A DNA stretch of 64,000 bases, from contig OZ024744.1 of assembly GCA_964016885.1 (NCBI GenBank), positions 107,880,001-107,944,000 of the forward strand. The letters are read 5' to 3'. The stretch is from Eledone cirrhosa. Its lineage: Eukaryota. The notes beneath the pieces are model-generated. The model did no database searches, had not been told where the DNA came from, and was given only the letters and a program-made list of their open reading frames with translations. The position numbers and the translations under genes were made by a program. Positions 23,775 through 37,431 of the stretch are shown piece by piece (within the stretch, counting starts at the first letter, position 1; the number at the start of each line of letters is the position of its first letter).

Positions 23775-24490
23775 CAAAAAGCATGCTTGAGGATCATCTT
23801 GAAGAGCTTGCTTTGGATGGGGAGAGTGATGGCCCTGTTGTTGCTGCAGACGAGTTTGTCAGCCTTCCATTTCCGGAGGATGATGTCCTCAGGAGTTCCA
23901 CAAAGATTGCCACCTCTACGACACCTCCGTCGACCTCAAGGCGGCTTACAACACAGTCAACCTCACATCCCTCTGGAAAATTCTCAAGCTCATCAGCTTG
24001 CCTCCTAAAATCACCACACTGTTCCAACAGCTCTATAGCAGTTCCGAGGATTGCATGCAGGTGAATGGGAAGGACTCCAATTGGTTCACCATTGGGGTCA
24101 GACAGGGCTACGTGGCTACCCGCGACCTCTTCAACTGTGTCATCGACTATTTGATGACCAAGGTCTGGCAGCAAGTTTCGGACATTACCTTCAGGAACTA
24201 CCTACCACCTTACTGACCTGGAGTACGAGGATAACACCACCCTATTCTGCAACTCAATCAATCAGCTTAGGGAGGCACTGACCATATACTGGGAGGAATC
24301 AGCAAAGTTTGGCCTTCAGGTGAGCTGGGTGAGGACAAAGCTGATACATGTCAGCGATGACCCAGAATCTCCCCCACTTCATATTGGTCCCAACATCGTA
24401 GAGTTTGTCAGCTCCTTCATTTATCTGAGATCCACAGTCACCAACAATGGAGACCTGACACTGGAGATCAACCACAGATGTGGTCTGGTC
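23775..24490 (+). mobile_element. RTE-like RT fragment with inverted 5' piece
   Basis: Plus strand VDLKAAY..GVRQG..DLFNCVID..LEYED; minus strand 23775-23885 encodes K.DK..CSNNRAITL...KLF (upstream RT motifs). Confidence 0.7.
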
Positions 24491-24659
24491 ACATAGAGTT
24501 AACTGAGGAGAATATAAAAGTTGCCAATCAATAATATATTTTAGCTCAATGTGTTTTTTTGTTGTTATAGATAGAAATATAGAAGAGGTGTCATTTACAA
24601 ATAGAAGAAATGATTAAATAACTCTTTTCTATCATCTGAATGTGTTATATATATATATA

Positions 24660-24840
24660 AGAAATGCCAGGAAGACCACGAAAAACATGGGCGGAGGTGG
24701 TGAGAGCGGACCTCAGATCGCTGAAGCTCATGGAGGAGATGACGAAGGACCATAACAAGTGGAGAGATGTTGTGCTGAATAAGACCCATCCCACCCTTGC
24801 AAGCAGGGAAAAGCGGACGTAAAATAATGATGATGATGAT
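24660..24840 (+). mobile_element. RTE 3' end
   Basis: GRPRKTWAEVV..; tail cccacccttgcaagcagggaaaagcggacgtaaa(atg)n. Confidence 0.85.
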
Positions 24841-25125
24841 ATAATGTTGATGCCCTAAGGACAGACACTGGTCTGTTGGAGATGCAGGATATGGCAGCGA
24901 TAATGAGGGACAGAGACCGCTGGAGAGAACTCGTCCATGGATCTCGGGAATTTTACCCGCCTTAGATAGATAGATATATATGAATTTGTTTTGCAAGGTT
25001 TTTGATATGAAATCGTGTGTTGAAACAAATATTATATTTGGGGAGATACAGAAGCGAAAACCAATACAAACCAAAAAGTGAGTGTGTTCTATTATTATTT
25101 CTGGCAATAAGGATGAAAGGCGAGG

Positions 25126-25259
25126 TTGACTTTGCCTTTCATCCTTACGGGGTCGATAAAATAAAGTACCAGTGATGCACTGGGTATTTGCTGGCCTTGT
25201 GCCTAAAGTAGAGACAATTATTTCTGGCAATATTATAACAATATGACCCTCCCAAATAT

Positions 25260-25309
<50 letters not shown>

Positions 25310-25500
25310 TTTAAAGTCTATCTTAAGCCAGTCCATCGCAGGGTTAAACCCCCAGCTATTGTTGGTACTAATTTTCAGCTGAGTATATTGGAGCAACATG
25401 AAATGAAGTGTTTTACTCAAGAATACAACACACAACCCAGGAATTGAACCCATGACATGATCGTAAGTCCAACACCCTTACCACTAGGCCATGTGCCTTC
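25126..25500. mobile_element. SINE fragments (Nin-like on + 25126-25221; CORE-like on - approx. 25325-25500)
   Basis: Matches to the two SINE consensuses. Confidence 0.75.
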
Positions 25501-25754
25501 ACTATATATACCCATGCTAACGTGGAAGATGGATGTTAAACGATGATGATGATGATGATGATGATATATATATATATATATTGGTGTCATACACTAATAC
25601 AGAAGACCCGCCTTCCCATGCACATGGACAGAAGCATACATCTAGTATGAACCTTTTAACCACTACCCTCCCTCACCCTTCCATCATCCCCCACATCCTA
25701 AAACACCACCTTTCTTCAATGCCTTTACATCCTTGACCCAGTCCTCAGCTCATG

Positions 25755-26195
25755 TTGTAATTCAAAGGACCAGCCTTGTCATACAGTGTTATGCTAAATC
25801 TCCCTAATGATTAAGATAGTGGTACACATGCCTGGAATATTCAGCCATGTCACTATAATACAAGATGGACTGTACCTGTAATTCAAAAGGCCAGCCATGC
25901 ACAATATGCCACACTAAATCTCGCTGAAAATTACACTAAGGGCACATGTATCTATGTAATTAATGTTCAGACGCGCTCTTTCATGCTGAATCTCCCTGAG
26001 AAGTCAGTTAAGTGTACACGTGTCTGTGCAATATTCAGTCACTTACACTATGGTGCAAGAACTTGTACTCGTAATTCAAAAGGTCAGCTTTGTTGTGTTA
26101 TGCTGAATCTCCCTGAGAATTACAATACGGACACACGTACTTGTGGAATGCTCGGTCACTTACACGTTTTCCCGTTGAATCTCCCTGAAAAATAT
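25755..26195. repeat. Degenerate tandem repeat of a ~100-120-bp unit
   Basis: Recurring gtaattcaaa.g..cagc and gct.aatctc.ctga motifs (4-5 copies). Confidence 0.65.
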
Positions 26196-27637
26196 AATAC
26201 TAGAATTGATTTCGAGTAATTATATAATGCGAAACAAATATTTAAATAAATAGGTTGTTGTGACCTATTTATTAAAAAATATGTTAAAAGTATTTTAGAG
26301 GAAAGAAAAAAATATTTATAACCTTTTCTTTACCGTATTTCTGAGAAAAGACATTGCTCGTGGGTTTTCAAATTGTTTTGTAAATAATTAAGAATTTGGA
26401 GGGACTTAATAGTGTTAGTAATATAATTAACTTTCATCATATATATATATACATATATATGTCCTTGTGTACTTTCTATGTACACACATTTAGTAATATA
26501 ACTAACTTTCCCATTATTAAGTTGGTGTTTGGAACATAACTTAATAAAGGTTCGTACTTAAAATTATTTGGAAGACTTTTCGATAAATATAAAAGCTTCA
26601 ACCTGTCTGTTATCATGTTTTTAAAGAAATACTCTACTAGTGGTTTAAAAGAAAATTCTGAAAATAATCATGACGTTGGAAGGACGTAGTAATACGACTA
26701 GTTTTTCCATTTTGGAACATAACTTAACAGAGGTTTTTACATAAAATTATAATGGAAAGATTATCATCATCACCATCATTATCACGATGATCATCATCAC
26801 CATGAAGATCATCATCATCATCACCACCACCACTATTTAACATATTTTCCATGCTTACATGGGTTTGATGGGTTGTTATTTTCGGAGGTCAGACAGGTCT
26901 AGTGACTATGTGAGGTTGATATTACGCTTTTATCATAGTTTCTAACGACAACCAGTTCATAGCATGTGCCAGGTGCTTTTTATCGTGATACTAATACTAC
27001 AACCTTACAGGGTGAACTGAGTGTATTCTATCATGATACCAGCACTATATCACTGTGCCACTTGGGTGCTTCTTGTGTTATCCCGACGGGATTAGGGGTG
27101 GAGGTGGTATAAAAAAGTGGAATCATCCCACAGTTGGAGAGCATGTGTCCAGCTGTACACTGTGCCTAGCTTTCCGTGCAGATATAGGTTGAACAGGAAA
27201 TGTGGATGGTAGTGGGTAGGTTATCACAGAACCAGGAGTGCTGACCTCAGATAGGTTTGGTATTGAAAGGGTTAAGGTAACACAGCTATATTTAGACAAT
27301 TTTGATTTTCTGCTCCCTTTCTTCTGAGAAGAAAACCCCTTATATTGGGGTCAGACTGACCTAAATTTCTTCAACACCAAGAAAGTGTAACTATTTTAAT
27401 GGTTTTAGTATATCTATATATGGATGTATTGAGATATACACACACACACATACATGCATATATAATATAATATATATATAAATAAATATATATATATATA
27501 TATACATTTCCTATCAGTTCAAGGGGTGCTTTGAAACAGATATGTTTTACTAATTAGGGCTTTAATGGGAATATTTGGTCTTTCAACTATCTTAATATTT
27601 AATTTTTGTTAGTCTAGAGCCCTTCTAAATCTGTCAG

Positions 27638-28900
27638 CTAGTTCGCTTCTGGGGTTTGTATTACACCCGGGTATTTATTGCTATTATACCATGAGTTTAT
27701 TTTATTGTTTTTTTTTTTCTTAATTCTTTCTATCTTATTCCAAAATGTGCTCCTATACACGGTGCAAGTCCCGCTTGTATCATTTTTTAAAACCTTTGCC
27801 CACTTGGTCCTGGCTCCTCTATATACCTTGATCTTGTCTCTCTGATTGTAGCCATGCATGTGGTGGATGAAGTGTTGTATGTATCTATCTAATTCTTTGG
27901 GGTTGCACATGTGGGACACATTCCTCACCACTCTTACTAAGTCCGCAATCAATATATTGATTTTCATGTGATCTGAAACAACTGAGTTTCTGTAGCTCAG
28001 ATATTTGGAGGTTATGGGTTTAGCATAATGTCAATGGAGGATTTGTGTTCTATTACTAATAGTTTCCAGCCAGAGTTCTGTGTCTAGTATGGGTAATCTA
28101 TATTGGGGTGTTTAGTTGGGTAGTCTTTAATACTCTGCTGAATGGAGTTAGCTATTTGCTGATGCTTTCCATGGTGTTCCTCTCTAATTCCTGCCCGTAC
28201 ATCGTAGTGAAAACAGTCTGCAAATTAAGCCCACAAACTAACTGCAAAACTAGGAACGTAGTATATAGCATAAGATGTACTGAGGGACAGTGTAGCAATA
28301 AGAATATAACATACATAGGTGAAACAACCCGTAGCATAGGAGAAAGGTTAAGTGAACACTGGCGAGAACTCCAGGATGGGAAAAAAACATCAGTACTCCA
28401 CCAACATGCCAAAATGAAACATGGGGGTGCATACAGAAAGAACGCAATGCTCATACAAATCACAGAGGCGACAAACATAAACAAACTCCAACCAAAATTA
28501 AACAGAAAACATGAGTGGTTTAGTAACATCACAACTAGTAATTAAGGACAAAATAAAGACATACAGACACACACAAAAACCAAACTAATAAAACAAACCA
28601 GACACACACAGATAGAATAAACAACCAACTAGTGACCAGTAAATAAACATATAAATAAATAAATAAAAACACACACACATACACACACACCCGGATATAA
28701 CACATGCACTAACCAAGTACACAGCATACAACACACAAAAACAAGATGGTGTAGGACAGAACAAAGGAGAGACACACAAAATAAAAACCTAGTCACTGAG
28801 GAGGTCACAATGTGTGATGAAAGAGCTTTGGCAATAGACAAACAACCATCCACTTATTGAAAAAACCAACTGGAAATTTATAATAAATTGAAGTGAAAAC
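27638..28900. mobile_element. Penelope-like element (Naiad/Chlamys-like) with internal inversion: RT thumb on -, GIY-YIG on +
   Basis: Minus: DYP..LPILDTELW..HYAKP..KINILIADLVR; plus from ~28205: C..NVVYSIRC..YIGETTRS..RLSEH..EA..I..QPKLN. Confidence 0.8.
28792..28832 (+). ncRNA. Degenerate minimal type I hammerhead motif, PLE-associated
   Basis: GTCA-CTGAGGA-GGTCAC..GTGAT-GAAA-GAGC-TT-TGGC, downstream of the GIY-YIG stop. Confidence 0.55.
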
Positions 28901-29029
28901 CACCAGGTGTGTGTGTTTTTATTGGCAGCATGACCCTACCAAAGTATAATAATATCTGTTTCAATGCATGTTTTCAGATAAGAAATCTTGCAAAACAAAT
29001 TCAAAAGCTAAGTGTATATATATATATAT

Positions 29030-30738
29030 AGAAGTAGTTCCACAACAGTTAGTTCACTATACCGAAAACAAATGTTTCACCTTATTCGGATCCTCAGCTC
29101 GGTCTAAATGAAGTTGTACAGAAAAGGAAAAACAACCGTACGGATACACATATGCAGAAACAGTCACTTCTCCTGGGGGAAGTAAACCCGCAATAGATCG
29201 ATGTAAGGGAGATAACTGTGGATGTCCAGAATAAATTATTCAAATTATTCAGAATGTTATAGATTGATGTTAGTCAATCTAAAGCTTTATAATTATGTAA
29301 TAGGTGTTTCCAGACGTGTGGACAACGTGCAGAAAGTTCATTCCTTGAATTTAGGCAATCATTATTACGTAATCTTCTCAGGATATTGATCCTTTCTTCA
29401 ATGCATAGTCCAAAAGATAGATTCCCCCTTGCGTATGGCTTAGACTTAGTAATAGCTTTCCATTGGATGGAGTCATCTACACCTGAGTCCTTGAGGGACC
29501 ATAGTGCCTTGTGAGTTTCGTGGATGATCGTTTGTCCGGGTATCTAAAGGTCGACTGATGGTTCAGGAGGCATTCCTTAAACTGGCCTTCCACCATACCT
29601 ACATAGAATTTAACCTCTTGTTGTTGATTTGGTCGGTTAGAAGTGACCACAGCTTTGTAAATTACAGCAGGTGTGTTGCACTGTTGTTGAAGGGGACAAG
29701 CTTCAGGCTTTTGGCAAGAGCATCCTAGTTTCACCCTGTGTCTGTTAAACATGGCGCAGTATTTATGACCTATGGGGAAATGTCTATCTAAGAGAGCTAA
29801 ACATCTTTTACCTACATTAGATTTAACATTGAGTGAGAAGGGGGGAGAGAACCAGATAGTTTTTCTATTGGCACGATTTCTTTTCTTATTGTTGTTGGCG
29901 TTAACAGGGGAATAAGTAATTGGTTGCGAGAAGCCACTGTTAGCTAACGCCACGTTGTAGTAGGGGGCCGCTCTGTCAAAGATTACTTTATTAGAGGAGA
30001 GATTAAAGATTCTAATGCCAATATTTTTCACGAAGTTTCTAAAAACTGTAGGAGGGTAACATGAGTTCTTGTGTATGTAATTGAGTTTTTCATTTAATTT
30101 ATGGAAGGGTCTAAAGGTATGTGTGTGAAGATTAAAATTTATGTTTAAGTAATCTACACTAGTAAGGTTGGTAGCTACCGTTATCTTAAGTCGTAACTCA
30201 TTAAAAGTAGTAATTAAATGTTTTTTAAATCGGTCCAGGTCGTGACCATTTTTATGGCTCAATAGGGTCAGACCATTGTCTCGGTATAAGCCCGTGTGGA
30301 AGTCTGGGAATCTAGTACGTAACGTATCTAAAATAAATAATCCAACCAAGTCGCATACATCAGCACTATTGAATGATCCCATTGAGACGTTGAATAGTTC
30401 TGAAGTAGTTGACTTCTTTGTCCAGGCTACTCCATTATTGAAGAGGAGGGTTTTCTGGCAATGTGCAATGATCTCCCTGTTTAAATTATCGATGGCGGTG
30501 TAAGTTGTAGCAAAGTCCAACGCTTTCTTCAACAGGGTCACCTAGATCAACGTGTAAAAATCCACAATGTCAAACTGAGTGAACTTCACTTTTTTGGAGC
30601 TGAAAGAGTTAAACCACTTAATGACAGAGTCACTGTTCTCTGATTGGGACAGGTTGGACTTAGTCCTAATAGTCGTAACTATATTCCTTATTGATTAGCC
30701 CCATATCCGTACATGCTGGGTTCAGTAGTCTACACGTG
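29030..30738 (-). mobile_element. Penelope-like element (RT + GIY-YIG), 5'-truncated and decayed
   Basis: 354-aa ORF: MGSFNSADVCDLVG, YRDNGL, IWFSPPFS, CSC..CPL..C, AVIYKA..YVG; upstream FDIVDFY. Confidence 0.9.
29061..29103 (-). ncRNA. Minimal type I hammerhead motif, PLE-associated
   Basis: Minus strand ACCGAG-CTGAGGA-TCC GAATAA GGT-GAAAC-ATTT-GTT-TTCGGT. Confidence 0.7.
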
Positions 30739-30899
30739 GGATATATATATATATATACACTTACACCTCTCCAAGACAATGTCACTGGACCGAGACCTTT
30801 GGCGGTACTCAGTAACAGAGAAGACCCGCCTTGCCAGTAGGCATCTCTAACAAAATACACCCCGTCCCGCCACCACCCCCACCCCATCCACACCACCCC

Positions 30900-31205
30900 G
30901 TTCTATGTAAAGTTATGTTGGTGCCGCGCCATCCAGGCCGAAACAAATGAGGTCGTGTAGGTGTCACGACAAAAAAACACACAGTCCACGCTGTAATGTG
31001 GCCGTGTAGGCAACACGGTAAAAACCTCCCAGACCCACACTGTAAATGTGGTTGGTGTTAGGAAGGGCATCCAACTGTAGAAAACCTGCCAGACAGTCCT
31101 ATGCGAGCAAGACAATCACTCTTGCCTCAAGTGGGACTACCCCCGTCCAAACCCATGCAAGCGTGGAACACGGACGTTAAACGTTGATGATGATGATGAT
31201 GATGA
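30900..31205 (+). mobile_element. RTE-tailed SINE / bipartite RTE fragment
   Basis: ggtgttaggaagggcatcca block and (GAT)n tail. Confidence 0.65.
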
Positions 31206-31217
31206 TACACATACATA

Positions 31218-31900
31218 TCATCATTGTTTTTATGTCTTTACACATTTGCATGGGTTAGATAGGACTTTTCATAGAGCATCTCTCCACTCATCGCGTCCCT
31301 TCACCTCCTCTGTGAGTTTTAGCGATATGAGGTCAGCTCACACCACCTTTGCTCAGGTCTCCTTTGTCTACCTCTACTGCAGCTTCCCTCCAGTGGGATT
31401 TCCTGGTACTTCTTTACCCAGTGATCATAACCCATGCACATCACATGTTCACTCCAACGCTGTCTTCTCTCTGGCACACCCCCTCGGATTCCTCTTAAAC
31501 CCAGTTTTTCCCTCAGTTCATCCAAGCTCTGCCTTTCTCTCACATTTACATTGCACATCCAGTGAAGCATGGCTATTTTATATCTCTTCAGCCTACACAT
31601 GTCCTCTCCAGTCACTGCCCATGTTTCACTATCATGCAGCATCTCACTTCACATGCGGGCATCATACAACTGTCCATTAGTGTGCAGGGAGAAACCTTTT
31701 GTTGTCAACAGTGAGGAGTAACTCTCTAAATTTCTTCCATCTTATCCTTATTCTAGCTATTATACTCTCAGAGCACCCTCCTCCACTGCTAATCAAACCA
31801 CCTAGATAACAAAAGCGATCAACTACTTCTATTGATCCTCTGTATGATTGAAAAAGGCTTATATCACTGACACTCTTCCCCTCAATTACCCCTGTGTACC
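31218..31900 (-). mobile_element. RTE LINE 3' fragment
   Basis: MLHDSETWA..ELREKLGLRGI..; homologous to 1-580. Confidence 0.85.
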
Positions 31901-33080
31901 TGTAGAGCTGTTTGTATATTTTAAATGTAGCATGAGAGATGGTCGGATATCATTGTTCACTTTAGCGTAGCAGATGTTGTATTAATGTTGTTGGCTTGAT
32001 GTGGGATTCTGTGAAATCCTCAGAAATTTGTGACTTATGGTAAATAAGTGTGTATGTCTCAGTGAGTTGAGATGTGTGGCTGTACTCATTGCTATAGTCA
32101 GTAGTTGAAGTTTAAAAGTAAAGCTGACATTAACAATATCTGATGAACAATAACAAATATTGCTACTTTAACAATTTTTATTAAAATAAATTTTATCAAA
32201 GTTATCTCCTTATAATATATAACCAGCAATTTCTCTGTTTGTCTGTCTGTCTGTCCGACAGTGGAAACACGGGCGCGCGTGCGAATGTTTTTTGCGCACG
32301 CGTAGAGAGAGAGTGAGAATGAAAGAAAGAGACAGACTACAAGAGGGGAATAACGGGAGGGAGAGAGGGGGGAATTGAGGAGTGCTACAGAAACATATAT
32401 ACATTTCTGTGTGTGTGTAATATATATATATATATATACACACACAGAAATATATATACATTTCTGTGTGTGTAAAATATATATATATACACACAGAAAT
32501 ATATATACATTTCTGTGTGTGTAATATATATATATATATATACACATACAGAAATATATATACATTTCTGTGTGTGTAATATATATACTAGCAGAAAACC
32601 ACCCGGACGGCGGTTTTCTGCTAGTCTATATATCTAAATCAGAGAATGTCTGTCTGTCTAACTCTCTAAAACTCGAGAACCATCCAACCGACTTTTTTCA
32701 AACTTTACACATGTAATACTTATGGTCGTGTGAGTGTTTTGAGCAAAAATTATTTCAAATTTTCAATTCCCTAGGAACCGCATTAGGCGATTTAGCGATC
32801 CCTCTCGCTATAATACTTAGTCTTTCTCCTTTTAGATAGATACATAGATATAATGTTGCGCCCTTATAATATCTGTCTGTATGTCTGGCTGTTATGACGA
32901 GATCAATGAGTGTGTGTGTGTGTATATATGTATATATAGTGTGTGTATATATATATATAGTGTGTAACGTTCTTCGAAATATTTACTTCTGCATTACACA
33001 GATTGATTTTTTTAGTTTCAGAAGATCCCATTAAGGGTGAAAGCAGCGATTCTTTGCTTAAACTTTAATCTGTTATTTTG

Positions 33081-33113
<33 letters not shown>

Positions 33114-33266
33114 ATTATATATTCGTGTACAGATATTTTTGCATACACAATAACAAAATATAAGCAAACATATTTATTTCATGAGGCTCGATAAGAATAA
33201 ATATATATCAAATATATAAGAACCCTAGAGCAAATCCTGAGCAACGCCGGGCCATTCTGCTAGTAT

Positions 33267-33575
33267 ATATATAAAAGAGAAATAAACACAGATATATACA
33301 TATATGTGTTCAAATCATAAGGGACCAGATGAGCAATAAGAATTGGTAATTCTCTTCACAATTGGATTGCGAAACAGCATTACCAAACGCTGTCTGGGTG
33401 TCTGGTAGTTACCACAATACCGGTTTGTATTTATTTTCTTGGTTTATTGTTAAATTGAGTCTGGCAAACCCTATTGTCCATAGTTAGTATCTTTTTCACC
33501 TTAGCGAATCTAGTCCCTTACGATTTGAACACATATATGTTTATGTTTATATCTGTGTTTATCTCTCTTTTATAT
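33267..33575. repeat. Inverted repeat (33267-33330 / 33508-33575) enclosing a 5'-clipped hammerhead
   Basis: Arms are reverse-complementary; inside CAGATGA-GCAAT..ATTGC-GAAAC-AGC..GCT-GTC. Confidence 0.8.
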
Positions 33576-33655
33576 TCAATTATACTATAGGGCTTGGAAA
33601 AATCTCTTTCCTTAAGCTATTTAATTGTAAGAGATTATTTTGAGTTTCTAACCTT

Positions 33656-33906
<251 letters not shown>

Positions 33907-36900
33907 GGGAGTGCATGTATATGTGTGCATATACATGCGTATATATAGATTTATATATATGTAAGCATAACATGTTTTCAACTTGTATAAAAATCCCTAG
34001 GGATCTAATTGACATTGCACATATATATATATATATTTATATATGTGTGTGTATATATATATATATACATATATATGTATATGTATGTATATATATATAT
34101 TTATATATGTGTATATATATATATATATATGTATTATAAAGCTGACAGCCGTATGTATGTAACAAACTTTTCGCCAAATGGCTGGACCAAAGAGCACCAA
34201 ATTTGCACCATAGATGTAACTTTTTCCAAGTAAGAAAGTGAGGGTATTTTTGTCTACTAGATTTAGTTAAAAGATTAAAGATATTTTATTGTTTATTTAA
34301 ATATTCACTTCTTTAAAATTTTCAGATGTCAACACTTCCATTTATCGATCTCTCTCTTTCTTAGTCTATCTTTTTAGATAGATACATAGCTATAACGTCG
34401 TGGCCTTATAATATCTGTCTGTATGTCTGCATTACGAAAACCATTCTGTATATTTGGCTTTGCTATCTGTGTGTGTGTGTATATATGTATATATAGTGTG
34501 TGTGTATATATATATATATATATAAATATATATATATAGTGTGATATATATATATTTATAGTGTTAGTATCATAAATAAGAGACAGTTTAATTTGTATAT
34601 TTTATTACACCATTCCTTTATACGTATATATACATACATAAACATGTTATTTACAGTTGTATAAAAAAGAAGTATAATTGTTTCTACTTTTGGCACAAGG
34701 CCAGAAATTAACTCAGTAGATTGCTGGTATTTATTATGTATAATATATATAATACGACATGTCTCTCTCTTTCTAACTCCGTCTTTTTAGATAGATACAA
34801 AGCTATAACGACATGCACTTATAATATCTGTCTGTATGTCTGCCTGTCTGCATTGACTTTGCTTCTAACAAACTTTTAATTAATTAATTATATATAAACA
34901 TATAATTGTATATTTGTGTACACATTTTCAACAGTAGTACTGTACTGAACTATATATTTTCATCAGTAATACTATACTATATATTTTCAACAGTAATACT
35001 ATACTACACTATATATTTTCAACATTAATACTATACTATATATTTTCAACAGTAATACTGTACTATCTATATTATAAAGCTGACGGCCGTATGAACGTAA
35101 CTTTTCGCCAAATGGCTGGACCAAACAGCACCGAATTTGCACCATAGATGTAACTTTTTCCAAGTAAGAAAGTGAGGGTATTTTTGTCTACTAGATTTAG
35201 TTAAAAGATTAAAGATATTTTTTTTTGTTTATTTAAATAATCACTTCTTCAAATTTTCAAATGTCAACACTTCCAGTTAGCGATCTCTCTCTTTCTTAGT
35301 CTGTCTTTTTAGATAGATACATAGCTATAACGTCGCGCCCTTATAATATCTGTCTGTATGTCTGGCTGGCTGCATTACTAAAACCATTCTGTACATTGAC
35401 TTCACTGTGTGTGTGTGTATATATAGTGTGTGTATATACATATGTATATATAGTGTTAGTATCATAAATAAGAGACAGTTTAATTTGTACATTTTATTAC
35501 AGCATTCCTTTATACGTATATATAAATACATAAACATGTTATTTACAGTTGTATAAAAAAAGAAGTATAATTGTTTCTACTTTTGGTACAAGGCCAACAA
35601 TTATCTCAGTACATTACTGGTACTTTATTATATATAATATGTATAATACATCATTCCTCTCGCTTTCTTACTCTGTCTTTTTAGATAGATACATAGCTAT
35701 AATGTCACTCCCTTATAATATCTGTCTGTATGTCTGCCTGATTACATTGACTTCGCTTCTAACCAACTTTTAATTAATTATATATATATGTAATTATATA
35801 TTCGTGTACATATTTTCAACAGTAATACTATACTATATATTTCCAACAGTAATACTATACTGTACTATATATTTTCAACAGTAATACTGTACTATATATT
35901 TTCAATAGTAATACTATACTATGTATTTTCAACAGTAATACTATACAACAGTGATACTATTTACAACAGTGATACTATCTACTTATATATATAACCAGCA
36001 ATTTCTCTGTCTGTCCGACAGTGGAAACACGTGCGTAGAGAGAGAGTGAAAGAAAGAGACAGACTACGAGAGAGAGAGGGAGAGAGAGCGAGTGAATAGA
36101 CGCTAAAACACGTGCTACAGAAATATTACCTTCCCCTTCCTTTATAGAAACATTACCTTCCCCTCTCCACTGACTTTGGTCACCGAGGCCGAGGGAATCG
36201 CTGGTTCCTATAGAGACACCTTGCACAAGCCAGAAGTAACCAGTTCGAGGCGGTTCTGACTTGACACCATGCGAAGAAGGTTGCCATTGAATTTGTGGTT
36301 GTTGCTGCTGATAATAAGGACCATTTGAAGAAGGTTGCTGCTGATGAGGTAATTTATTAATCAGATTGCGCAGTTCCATAACCTACGTTTGATTTGTTCA
36401 ATTTTTTTCTTCAATTTTATTTGTTGTTGTTTTTTATTTCTTATTGAAAAAATATAAATAATAAAATAAGGTTAGAAATTTAAATACAATTAAATACGAT
36501 TTAATTTCCATTTCCAGCAGCCAATGTCCAGTGTTCAATTTCATGAAAAAATTGGAAATAATTCAAAAAATTGAAGTTTAACTTTTGAACATTTGTTTTG
36601 ACAATAAAAAAATATTTCCTTATTCACACCTAATGGTATGATTAAAATTTCATAGGAATATTTTTTTCTAACCGCCAGTTATTTATTTTCTCCTTTTTCG
36701 TTTTAACATATATTTATTTCAAAGATTTCACCGTATAGATAACATATATATTTATACATGCATAAAAGACACACCGAGAGACGGTGAACATGTGGTGCCG
36801 AAAACATTTCTCATCCAAATCTCTACAATATCAGTATATACACCGGTGGTTTTCTGCTAGTCTATATATATAAAACTGAGGATGTCTGTGTGTGTGTCTG

Positions 36901-37431
36901 TGAGTTTGAATCCCTAAAACTCGAGAAGTACCCAACTTTTTGATCCCATAGCGCCCGCATTAGGTGAAAAACTGCGTTTTTTCAGCTTTTTAGGGGTTTT
37001 TTGAGGCGTTACGTCAGACCGATTTCCTTAAAATTGTAACTATGTATTAGTCAATCTCTTCTTCATACCGTGAGCAAAGAAAATCCTACTTTTTTATGAC
37101 CTAGGGACCGCATTAGGTGAAAAACTTCATTTTTTCAGCTTTTTAGGGCTTTTTTGAGATGTTACGTCTAGCCGATTTTCCCAAAATTTCAAGGCATATT
37201 ATGCACATTAAAAAAAATTCATTTTCTTGAACCCCTAGGGCCTGCATTAGGTGAAAACCTGCATTTTTCCTGCTTCACCGAGGAAAATCTTAAAGATTAT
37301 CTAGCCATCAGAGTATTCGGTTTATTTTCTTTACATATTGTCTAGGCATGCAGTTTTTCCACGATTAGGTCTGTTGGCGGCCCGCATTCCAAAATACCTT
37401 ATCCCGTACAACGCTGGGTACCACTGCTAGT

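Noticed and set aside
28205-28230. Possible selenocysteine TGA near the PLE Cys motif
   Set aside because: The TGA is out of frame and at the inversion junction; no SECIS identified
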